From assembly GCA_001643675.2 (NCBI GenBank), contig LSRY02000018.1, positions 1,364,001-1,428,000 of the forward strand: a DNA stretch of 64,000 nt, in the 5' to 3' direction. Source of the DNA: Monocercomonoides exilis PA203. Lineage: Eukaryota; Protista; Preaxostyla. The position numbers and the translations under genes are program-made. Below the pieces are notes generated by a model that searched no databases, was not told the origin of the DNA, and saw only the letters and a list, made by a program, of their open reading frames with translations. Below, piece after piece: positions 24,003 through 42,212 of this stretch (its first letter is position 1; each line of letters starts with the position of its first letter).

Positions 24003-24076
24003 GTCGCGATGGTGTAGTTGGTTATCACAATCGCCTAACACGCAATAGGTCTCCGGTTCAATCCCGGATCGCGACA
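24003..24076 (+). tRNA. tRNA-Val(AAC)
   Basis: Acceptor stem GTCGCGA/TCGCGAC, D-arm/A box TGGTGTAGTTGG, anticodon loop CT-AAC-AC, T-loop/B box GGTTCAATCC, discriminator A. Confidence 0.95.
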
Positions 24077-24082
24077 TTTTTT
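24077..24082 (+). terminator. Pol III oligo-T terminator
   Basis: TTTTTT immediately follows the tRNA. Confidence 0.8.
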
Positions 24083-24690
24083 CATCTTTCTAGCCTTTTT
24101 TTTATGATATATTTATTCTTTTATTGGAATGAAAAATGTCGTTTTTTTTCATAAAGTTCATTAAATGTCAAAATGCTGTTTAAATGCATTGGATGAGCAT
24201 TTGTTCTTCATTTTGATGAGGTGCATTTCATAATCCACTTTTCATAATTTGACAGAGAGTTTTGTTGTGATTCATAGAACAAGTTATTTGCTTCTTTTCC
24301 AGTGCTCAAATATTCATGTTACAACAGCTGCGCTTCCCCATCCAAATCCCCACTGTCTTTTGTCTGCTTTGCACATTTCTCTGAGCATAGCTCATTTTCC
24401 TTCCCTCCTTTTTCTTTTCTCGCATGCCATAATTCCCCTCACTTCTTCTCAAAAAAATCTCATTTTTTCGTAAATAGTGATAATTATCTTGTTTTATGTG
24501 AAAATTATAATCATATAACATAAGCGTAAACAAGTGAAATGAGTGAAATGAAATTGAAAGTTATGAAATGAATCAAAAAAATGTTTTATTTTTTGAACTG
24601 ACAAAATAAAACATTATTTTTGTGTATTGGGTGAAAGTTTGAGGGTGTGTGGAGAGATGAAGTGGTGTGTGAAACAGTGAAATGATTGAC

Positions 24691-31315
<6,625 letters not shown>

Positions 31316-32520
31316 TTGACAGGAGATTGCAAAGGGAGAAAGGCGAAGAGAAGATGTTTGCTGGGAAGAGATAAGGAAGTTTAAGAAATTGCACTAATTT
31401 TCATTTTTTAGCATTCTCTTAAAGGAAATGCGAATAATGATGATTATGTGTGATTTTTTAGTCTTTTTTTATTAACTTTGTAGAATAGTCACTGCAAAAA
31501 TGAAAGGAAAGGTGTGAAGGCAGTCTGCCTGTTAAGAGAAAAATGGAGCAAAGAAAAATGTTTGCAATGTTTATTCTTCCACTGCACCATTTTCTTTATC
31601 CCAACACAAAAATGTTGGGACAGACTCTTTGAGTATTTCTGAGCGCATCGTCACCAGTTCATTTTGTTCTAAGTGCATTTGTACTTTTTTATTCCTTCGT
31701 ATTTTCTGGCTTGTTCTTTTTTTATCGACTTTGTTTTCATTCGAAACGAGCAGATTTGCATATCATTTGATAATACTGAAATATTGATTTATGACATGTC
31801 TATGAAAAACATTTTGTTATGAATATATTTGCAAAAAATGGTGATTGTCTAACAGATTTCAAGTTCAGTTGCATGATAAAGCATCGTTTCTTCAATAGAA
31901 AAACTTCTTATCAAAAATTATTAGGCGTTTTATACGTGAAAATCTGAAAGATTACTAATTCTGATAATTTTTTCTATGAGTTATTGAAGTCGAGTCAAAG
32001 GAAGTTTCTTCTTTTTGTTCTCAAATTTTCAAATTTGCCAAGATATGCATTTCTTTTATACGGAAAAAAAACAATAATTCAGTTTATCCCAGCTTATTCA
32101 AATGATAAATTATAATGCTTTTGTTATTCAGATCAGTCTTTAATCGATGGAATTTTTTTAAAATTTTTGGCTTGCCGAAACCTTCTCAAAAAATTCTCCT
32201 TCATTATTGAAAAAAGGAATTATATATCGAAAGCAGTTTCAAGCTGCAAAAACTGTCTGGCGCATTCATCGGGCATTTAAATAAAGAATCCAGTATTATA
32301 AATGAAAATTAGCAATAATCTTTATGAGATTTTTTTTAGATGCAGTTTCTGTTTGGAAAATTTAAAAAGTTTAAAATCATGAAACATACAATATTATCAT
32401 GTGAATTGAAAGCTGAAAACAAGATAATTTCATAAATTATTTTATAATCACATTGTTGAAAATGAATTGACTGTTAAGAATTTTTCGATATACCCATATA
32501 TTTTTTCTTTTTTTCACTTA

Positions 32521-33413
32521 ATGATTTCTTTGCCTCAAAGGGCTATCATTTTAGTGTTAACTTTTATCACATCGTTTTCCATTTTCACTTACATTGGCTC
32601 AAATGCTCTATTTTATTCCAAAAAAGAAAGCTCGGGACAAACAACAACTATTGAAAGTAGTGATGTTTTACAAACTGATTCAGTTGTAGGTCATCAGAAC
32701 ATACCACAAGATGAAAAAGAATTGGATAAAAGAGATGAAATTGTTCCTGAACATATTGAGAAGCATGTTACAGAAGAAGATAAACAACCAACAACCGAAA
32801 TTACAGAAAATATAGTTGAAGAAAAGCCTCATTCCTACGTTATCGAATTAAATGGTGAGGAGCTAGATCGCATTGACCATTCAGATGAATTGTGGATGGT
32901 GTATTTGTATGTCTTTCCTTTTTTTGCTTAAAAGAAATAATTTGCATTTGTCGAATTTTGAAGCAACAATCCATTATGCGGCTTTTGTCAAGCCAATAGA
33001 CCAAAGTACGAAGCATTTGCTCGTTATATGGAAGGAAAGAATATAATTCATGTTGGCGCACTCGCATGCTCTGAGAATAGAGGTTTATTTGCTTCATTTT
33101 TTTAAAACATTAATTTTAATAAAATTATATTTAAGGAGTATGTAAAAAATATGGAATTCGTTCTGTGCCTACAATATTATTGTATGTTTTCTCAATTTTC
33201 CTTGTGATTGCAATAAAGGTTTTGAATATTTTTATTAGTTTACACAACAACAGACGTAAAGAATATACAGGCGTACATCACACGCAATTTTATTTAGGAT
33301 TTCTTGGAAAACTGCTTGAAGAATGGAATATCAAATCCGAATCATTTAACAAACTATTTTCTGATGTTGATTTCAACGATCCCAGTTCATTTTTCAAACA
33401 TTTCTTATTTTAA
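32521..33413 (+). CDS. N-terminally membrane-anchored thioredoxin/PDI-like protein (CGFC), about 241 aa, 4 exons
   Basis: Introns 32907-32963, 33083-33135 and 33182-33238 restore WMVYFNNPLCGFCQANRPKYEAFA...VGALACSENRGVCKKYGIRSVPTILF. Hydrophobic N-terminus AIILVLTFITSFSIFTYIG. Confidence 0.85.
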
Positions 33414-33574
33414 AAATCATTTCATTGTATTATATGTTTTTATAGAACTTATTGTGTTATTGAAATTTTTTAATTTTTTTGTATTACTTCGATCAAAAGT
33501 TCGAAAGATTGATCATGGTTACAGAATGACTACAGTTATTAATAACTCACATTTTTCAATAAAAAAGTATTTTA

Positions 33575-34285
33575 ATGATTCGATTATTATTTGCTATTCC
33601 CCTTGCTTTTTGTCAGGTATTCAATTTTTTTTCAAAATTAAAATTTCTTTCTTCAAACATTTGAAAATAGTTTGGCGGTTTAGATAGTTTGGGTGGATTT
33701 GCACCAGGAGGATTAGGCAGTATGCCTGGCTTTGGTGGAGCTAATTCTGCTCCTTTTGGTGGGAGCAGCCCATTTGGAAGTTCTGGTCTTGGAGATTTCG
33801 GAGGAATAGGAACAAATCCTTTGAGTGGTTCAAACTTTGGACCCCAAAGTATTGGTTCAAATCCTTTTGAGCCAGTTAGTTTTGGGCAATCTCCTTTTGG
33901 AGAAAGCGGAACAAAGAGTCCTTTTGGAGATAATTTGCTGAAAGCAACACCTTTTGGAGATTCATCAATGATGAAAGATCCATTTGGAAATGGGCCATTT
34001 GGACAAAAAACGAATCCATTTGAATGTCAAAGCAGTCCTTTTCAGTCGTTTCCAAGTCCATTTTCAAAAAAGAAAGAAAAGGAATGCCCGAAAGAACAGA
34101 AAGAGGAACCAGCAAAACCACAGCCTCAACCAAAAGACTCAAAGCCATGTGAACCAGAACCTCCAAAACCTTGCCCTCCTCCATCTTCCGAAGCTGAGCC
34201 TCCTAAATGCAAACCATCTTCTCCTGCACCTGCCTCAAGAGAGCCTTGCTTCGAGTCGCGAAAGGCTTCACTAAATAGAGGTTAA
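33575..34285 (+). CDS. Secreted Gly/Pro/Phe-rich repeat protein, about 218 aa
   Basis: Exon 1 (33575-33616) encodes signal-like MIRLLFAIPLAFCQ. A 54-nt GT-AG intron joins in frame to FGGLDSLGGFAP. Contains 11 xPF motifs followed by a Pro/Cys/Lys-rich tail. Confidence 0.75.
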
Positions 34286-35470
34286 TTTTTATTTAATTGA
34301 AATAATATTTAGTGGATTTTTAAATGCTTATGCGCAATTCTTTTTGACTTAAAAATGCTATCAAATAATACTATATAGATTGCCCAGTCCACAAGAGACG
34401 CTATGCATTTGTCCCAAGCGAATGCAGAGAAGACACATCTCCAAGATATCGCGGATAAACAACTACAAATTTCTATCGTTTGTTTTAAATATTGTTTATG
34501 CATGAAAAATGAAGAATGGATCAATCAATAATAATACTTGTATGATTAAGAAAAATTTTTATAAGCCTTATTGGTTTTTTATTTCTAAAGAAATTGAAAT
34601 TTTTGTATAACTTTTTCAAAGGAAATGGTGTTTAATTATTTTTGAGAGGGAAAAGATGAAAGGAAGTAAAACCGGATGCAAGCATTTGAGGTAAACAAGA
34701 TTACTGTTTTCAGTCTCTTGATTTATCCTCATTACTTTTTTGTATTTTGTGTCTGAAGGTTCTTCCAAGATTTTTTTTTTTTGACTTTTCTTTTTATAAA
34801 AGGAATAATTTTGAAATTTTCTTTTTAAAGAAATTCCTTTTCAATAAATGTTTTCCACAGACCTTATTTACGATAACTTTCATCGGTAAGAATATACTGT
34901 CAACTCCTTCTTCAATCACTAGACTTTTCACCTCATTCATATCTTTTTTTAACTTTCTAAACTTCATGAAAATATATATACAATTGAAGTGTTTTTCGTT
35001 GCTAATTAATTTCGATCGTTCGTTTAGAATAATCCAATGAATGTACTTGCGCAATATTAATATTTACAAAGCAAATTAAAGGTGGAAAATTTGAAAACAC
35101 GATTAAGATGGAAATTTATAAAAAAACATTTTCAAGGATTTTCTTTTTTGAAATTTCGACAATAACTTTTTCTTTTTTCTCATTATTCTTTCTAATCATT
35201 TAACTAATTATTATTTTCCACTTTTCTTTGTCATTGATTCTGTGAAAATCATATTATTTAAAGAGGAAACAATAATTTTGAAAATGAATTATTGTACAAG
35301 AAAATGAATAACTTCTGTTAAAAAAAAAAGAAAAAAAAATTTATTGACATAGAAAGGTGTTGGGCAGTGATGATCGAATTTGATCATTATTCATTTTGAA
35401 CCGTTTTGCTTATTTCTCTTTAATTTGAAGACATCTATTTTTCTTCTTTCGAGAGTACATTGTAAGTTTG

Positions 35471-38400
35471 ATGAGTAATACATCTAAAGGAAGGTATTAC
35501 GATCAACAGAGCTCAACAGATGAAACAGAAGATACTGATGAATATGAAGAATATGATTGCGAAGAAGAAGAAGTTGCAGAAGAAGATAAATCCACTCATA
35601 CGCAGCAAACAGGTACAAATTCTGTTATTTCTGGTGTGTTGTTACATGCTATATTTTTAAAGAATTTTCTATAATTTAATGTTTTTCTTTTTTCCACATG
35701 AATATGTTTTGTACATAGAAAAAGCCAATGAAAATGAAGACGACTTACAACTTCAATCAATTTTACCTTCTGAAGATGAATCAGAATCTGAATATGAGGA
35801 ATACGAAGAAACGGTCGACGAAACAGATGAAAAAGATTTTTCAGAAAGTAGAAAACAAAACAAAAATGAAAACACACAAACACAAGAGCGTGAAACATCC
35901 ACTATAACGCAAACTTCTGACGATGCAACTGGGGAAAGTGAAAGTGAATATGAAGAATATGAAGAAGAGGAAGATGAAAAAGAAGATTTTGAACAAAACG
36001 AGAAAAATAACGAAATTTCGGGAAAAGAAAACGGGGAAAAGATTTCTCATGATTCGCACATCCAAGCTTCAGAAATTTCTCAACATGACAATGCGAAAAA
36101 ACCTGATAATGTTTCGGCAAAAAAAGAATCTTCGATGCAAGTAAAATTATCAGAAGAGGCCACAGAAGAAATGAAAAACAAACAACCAAATCTAAAACAT
36201 GACAGCAACACAGGAGGGGAACTAATTGATCATTCCACACAGAATCAAGGTGAAAAATCAAAAAATGTTTCCATTCATCAAATGGATGAAAATCCTGCAA
36301 GTTTGACTCAGAATGGAACTGAAATAGATGAGAATTCAGAAAGCGAATATGAATATGAAGAGTATGATGAAGAGGAAGAAGAGGAAGAGGAAGAGGGAGA
36401 GGAAGAAGGAAAAGAAGGAATAAAAACAAAAGAAAAAGAAAATGTGGTTGAAGAAGAAAGCGGAAAGAAGAAAGAAAAAGAAGAAGAAGCTATTGATGCA
36501 GAAGAGCAAGCCTCAATAAAAGAGGTGAGTGAACGAATAAGCCGAATATTAGCAGAATCGAAGGCGAAAGAAGCGAAGAGAAAAGAAGAGCTGAAAAGAC
36601 ACAGAGAAGAAAAGCAGGGAAAAGGGGTGAGAATGAATTCAGAATTGGATGATGAAAGAGAAGGAGAAGAAGAAGAAGAAGGAGAAGGAGGAGGAGGAGA
36701 AAGAGAAAGAGAAAGAGAAAGAGCAGAAATAGAAGAAGTGAGTGCGAAGATAAGTGCGATTCTGAGGGAACATAAAGAGAAAGAGGAGAAGAGGAAGGAG
36801 GAATTGGAAAAACACAAAAGAGAAAAGATGAAGATGCTTGAGAAGGAAAAAATGAAAGAACAAAAAGAAAACAAAGAAACTGAAACAATTCAGACAATTT
36901 TGAATGAAGAAAAGGGAAGAAAAGAAGAAAACATTGAAAATGAGGGAGAAATGGAAGATAAACAGAAGGTGAAGGAGGGTGGGGAAGAGGAGGACAGCGA
37001 ATATGAATATGAAGAGTATGATGAAGAGGAAGAAGAAGAGGAAGAAGAGGAAAGGGAGGGGGAGAAGAAGGAGGGAGAGAAAGAGAAAGAAGAAGAGAGA
37101 ATAAAAGAAGATACATTAAATGATGGTAAAAGAGAGAAAGAAGAGAAAGAAGAGAAAGAAGAGAAAGAAGAGGAAGAAGAGGAAGAGGAACAGAAGAAGG
37201 TGGATGAGGTTGCTGCTAAAATTAGTGCGATTTTGAAGGAATCGAAGGAGAAAGAAAGGAAAAGGAAAGAAGAATTAGAGAGACACAAAGAAGAAAAGAG
37301 CAAATTGAATACAAAATTATCAGAAGAGAAGAAAATTGAGTTGAATGAGAAAGAAAAAGGAGGTAAAGAAGAAAATGAAGAAGAAGAAGAAGAAGAAGAA
37401 GAAGAAGAAGAGGAAGATGAGGAAGATGAAGTGAATCAAGCAGATGTTGATGAAGTGGCAGCAAAGATAAGCAGAATACTTGCAGAATCAAAAGCAAAAG
37501 AAGCGAAAAGGAAAGAAGAATTAGCAAAACATAAAGAAGAGAAGAAGCAAAAGAAAGGGAATGAAATGAAAGAAGAGGAAGGAGAAATGAAGAAGGGAAG
37601 CGAAAAAGAAAAAGAAAAAGAAAAAGAAGAAAAGGAAAGAGAAAGAGAAAGAGAAAGAGAAAGAGAAGAAGAAGAAGAAGAAGAAAACAAAAAAGCAGAA
37701 GTTGAAGCTGAAGAAGTTGCAGCGAAGATAAAGTTGATTTTGGAAGAGTCGAAGGAGAAAGAGAGGAAAAGGAAAGAAGAATTGGAAAGACACAAAGAAG
37801 AGAAGAAGAAGAAGAAAGAAGAGAAAGAAAAGAAAGACAATGAAGAAGAAAGGGAAGGAGGAGGAAGAGGAGAAGGAGAAGGAGAAGGAGAAGGAGAAGG
37901 AGAGGAAGAGGAGGAAGAGGAGGAGGAAGAAGAAGATATCGATCAAACAGCAGTGGATGAGGTGGCAGCTAAAATAAGTGTTATTCTTGCGCAATCGAAA
38001 GAGAAAGAGAGAAAGAGAAAAGAAGAATTGGAAAGGCATAGAAGTGAAAAGAGAGCGAAACAAATAACAGAAGAGGAAAAGGATAAAGAAGAAGAAGAAG
38101 AAGAGAAAGAAGAGAAAGAAGAGAAAGAAGAGAAAGAAGTGAGAGAAAGAGAAGAAGAAGGAGAAATTGAAGAAGAAGAGGAGGAGGAAGAGGAAGAAGA
38201 AGAAACAGATCAAACAGCAGTGGATGAAGTAGCAGCAAAGATAAGCAGAATACTTGCAGAATCAAAAGCAAAAGAGGAGAAGAGGAAAGAAGAATTGAAA
38301 AGACATCAAATGGAAAAGCAGAAAACTTGCAGAAAGGAGGAATTTGAAGAAAAGAAGGAAGAAGAAGAAGAAGAAGAAGAAGAAGAAGAAGAAGAGAAAG

Positions 38401-41400
38401 AAGAAGAAGAGGAAAAAGAAGAAAACAAAGAAGAAATTGAAGAAGTGGCAAATCGAATAAGCAAAATTCTTGAAGAATCGAAAAAGAAAGAGAAGAAAAG
38501 GAAAGAAGAGCTTGAAAGACACAGGAAGGAGAAGGAAGAGAAGAAGAAAAAGAATCTAATGGAAGACGAAGAAAAAGAGGAGAAAGAGAAAGAGAAAAGA
38601 AGAAATGACAGAGAAGAGGAGAAGGAGAAAGAAGAAGGAGAAGGAGAAAATGAAGAAAAAGAAAAAGAGAAAGAAAAAGAGAAAAAAGATATTGATCAAG
38701 AAGCAGTTGATGAAGTGGCAGCTAAAATTAGTGCGATTTTGAAGGAATCGAAAGAGAAAGAGAAGAAAAGGAAGGAAAAACTAGAAATGCACAAAAGAGA
38801 AAAGAAAGCGAAACAAGAGGAAGAAAAAGAAAAGAAAGAAAAGGAAGAAAAGGAGGAAGAGAAAGAAGAGAATGAGAAAGCAGAAATAGAAGAAGTGGCA
38901 GCAAAGATAAGCAGAATACTCGCAGAATCAAAAGCAAAAGAAGCAAAAAGAAAAGAAGAATTAGAAAGACACAAAGAAGAGAAGAAGAAGAAGAAAGAGG
39001 AGAAAGAGAAAGAGAAAGAGGAGAAGGAGAAGATGAATGAAACAGAGTTATCTTTGAAGAGTGAAAAGGAAGAAGAGAAAGAGAAAGAGAAGAAGAAGAA
39101 TGAGCAAGCAGAAATAGAAGAAGTGGCAGCAATAATAACAGCAATTCTGAAGGAATCGAAGGAGAAAGAGAAGAAAAGGAAAGAAGAATTAGAAAGACAC
39201 AAAGAAGAGAAGAGGAAGAAGAAGCAAAAAACGGTTTCAGAAGAAGAAGAAGAAAGAAAAGAAGAAAGAAAAGAAGAAAGAAAAGAAGGGAACGGAAGAG
39301 AAGAAGGAAAAGAAGCAGAAGAAGCAACTGTTTCTGATTGGAGAACACAAAACGCATCAGAAGAGAAGAAGGAGAAAGAGAAGAGCAAAGAAAAGGAGAG
39401 GATGATGGAGTTGTTGGAGAAAGAGAAGGAAGAGCTGGAGGAGTTGGAGAGGCAAAGAAGAGAAAGAAGAGAAAGAGAGAAGAAGAGATTGGAAGAAATG
39501 GAACAAAAAAGCAAAGCAGCGAAGGAGGAGAGGAAGAACAAGTGGCTGGAGATGAAGGAGAAGGAAGAGAGAGAGAGAAAGAAAGCAGAAGAAGAGAAGA
39601 AGGAAAAGGAGAGGAAGGAGAAAGAAGAAGAAGAGAAGAGGAAAGCGGAAGAGGCGAAGAAGAAAGAGGAGGAAGAGAAGAAGGCGAAGGAGAACGCAGA
39701 GAGGGAGAGGAGGCAGAAATTGATGGAGAAGAAGAGGTTGAGGGAAGAGAAGATGGAGCAGATACAAAAAAGGAATGAAGAGTCGATTTGTCGCATTGTG
39801 GCAGAGAGAAAGAGGAGGGAGCAGAAGGAGAAGGAGAGGCAGGAGCGGGCAGAGAGGAGGAAGAGTCCGCAAATGAGGAGGGAAGAGAAGAAAAAAAGAG
39901 AACTGGAGGAGAAGTGGGATGGGAGTGCGACAAAAATAGCAGAAGAGCCGCTGAAAGAGCTGCAGTACAATTCGCTTGTGTCGCTGGATTGCCCGTTTGT
40001 GTTCAATGAGGCGTTTATTTCGATGATGGCGAGGAGGAAGAGGGAAGAAGAGGAGGAGAGGAAAACACAGATGGAGAGGGTGGAGCAGCTGAGGAGGAGG
40101 AGGATGGAGGCAGCGGCAGTTGCGGGTGGAGGAGGAGGAAGAAGGGGAGGAGGAGAAAGAGGAGGAAGAGATGAAGGAAGAGTGGAAGGAGGAAGAAGGA
40201 CACCTGGAGTGGAGCAAACAAGGCAGGAAGATGAATACATAGAGAATTCACAGACAGCACAAACAATGCAGTTATCTCAAACATCTCATTCCTCTCAATC
40301 AACACATGCTTCTCATTCTTCTCAACAATCATCTGATTTTGGAGCCACACGCACTACCAACAGCTCAACAGCGAAGCAGATGGGAACGTCGCGTATTCAG
40401 AAGTATGTGGGAGTGAAGGAGGAGGATGAGGCAGATGCTCTTGTGCTGATGCTGATGAGGAAGAGGAGAAGAGAAATGAGGGAGATGAGGGAGATGAAGG
40501 AGATGAGGGGAAATGGGGGTGGAGTGGGGAGTGGAGGGAAGAAGAAGAAGAAGAAAGGCGTGATGTCAACGATGATGAATGAAAAAGGAAGAGCAAGTGA
40601 AAATGAAATGATGATGAGGAAGAGGAAGAAGGAAGGGAGTCCAAATCGATATGACACTCCATCTTCATCATCTGGTCAAATGGGAAGGCAGAGCGGGAAG
40701 CATACAGCGCCAGAATGGATGGGAAGGAGCAGAAGGGGTGAAGAAATATCGCCTTCGATGGGGATGTGTGAGGAGAGGCAGAGCTATTCACAGCAAGGGA
40801 GAAAAGAAACAGCACATTCGATGGGGGCGGAAGGGAAAGGGAAGAGAAGGAGCGAAGAGAGAAGGAGAGGAGGAGAAGGAAGAGGAGAAAGAGGAGAAAG
40901 AGGAGAAAGAGGAGAAAGAGGAGAAAGAGGAGAAAGAGGAGAAAGAGGAGAAAGAGGAGAAAGAGGAGAAAGAGGAGAAAGAGAAGAAGATTATGATTAT
41001 TATGATTATGATGATTATGATGATGAGCGTGATGAAGAAGATGAAGAAGATGCATATTATGACAGCAGAAGTGGAAGGGGCGGAAGAAGTGGAAGCAGCA
41101 AAGCTCCATTTTGTGTGTTCAGAGGCAGCAGAGAGAGAAGATCAGTCACATCTGCTGCTACATTCCCTGTGAAGAACGCTTCATCATCATCATCATCTTC
41201 TTCTTCTTCTTCATCTTCTTCTTCATCTTCTTCTTTTTCTTCTTCATTTCCTTCTTCTTCTTCTTCCTCCTCCTCCTCCTCTTCAAACACAAGAAATATC
41301 TATCGCTCTTCTTCAAGCAATTCTGCGCTGCCTCCACCACATCCTGATAAACGGATGAAATATGCTTCCATTTCATCTTCATCATCGTCATCATCGTCTT

Positions 41401-42026
41401 CTTCTTCTTCCTCCTCCTCTTCTTATCCTTCTTCTTCTTTTCCCTCTTCTTCTTCTTCTTCCTTTTCTTCCTCTTCCTCTTCGTCTGATCCTTCTTATCC
41501 ATCTAATGTGTCTTATTCATCCACTTCATCCACTCCATATCCTCATACACGCCCATATTCACGCAAGTCTTCAGATTCTTCACGTCATTCTAACACATCA
41601 TCATCTTCTTCTTCTTCCTCTTCCTCTTCTTCTCCTTTCTCCTCTTCTTCCTCTTCCTCTTCTTCCTCTTCTTCTTCTCGTCCCATTTCACGCCAATCAT
41701 CTCAGCCAACCATCCTTCCCCCGCTCTATCCCACTGAGTCTGAGTCAACTGACCCAGCTGCAGACGAAACTGGCAGAACAAGCGCATTTCGAAGAAAACA
41801 GCAAATTTCTGTCAAAAACACAGAATTCAATGATTTCAATCAAATTAATGGGAAAGATGATTATTTACCCCCAAAAAATCATGATGGGAGCCGTCCTTCT
41901 TCGTCTGTTTCTAAAAGATCGAGATATATCTCTACATTTGCAACTGATGCACCTGCTTCACCTCGCTCTCCCCCAATGGCCGTGCAAGCTTCAACCTCAA
42001 GTTATCAGTTTCCTCCTTTTCAATGA
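35471..42026 (+). CDS. Large Glu/Lys-rich repeat protein with Ser-rich C-terminus, about 2,149 aa
   Basis: Exon 35471-35612 spliced (intron 35613-35718) to the 6.3-kb open frame. 11 copies of EVAAKISxILxESKxKExKRKEELxRH. Confidence 0.85.
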
Positions 42027-42212
42027 TATCTTTTAATAGATAATAATTATCTTTAGAATTCTGTTGTTAAAAGTTTATAGCTGAATTATTTTATGTCTTT
42101 ATTTATATCATTCAACAAAATTTATTCGAGGAATCATTTCCGTGTTATGTTTTATGTATATGTTAAGATTTTTATCAATAGTTATTATAAATTATGGATA
42201 TTTTGGATCTTT

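Noticed and set aside
34309-35054. Possible spliced minus-strand gene
   Set aside because: Only two short ORFs; I could not build a consistent exon chain or recognise a product.
36510-39215. CRISPR-like repeat-spacer appearance
   Set aside because: The repeats are in-frame coding units with synonymous variation, in a eukaryotic context with no cas genes.
40880-40985. (GGAGAAAGA)n encoding Gly-Glu-Arg, collagen-like
   Set aside because: Only about 11 identical triplets; simple slippage microsatellite.
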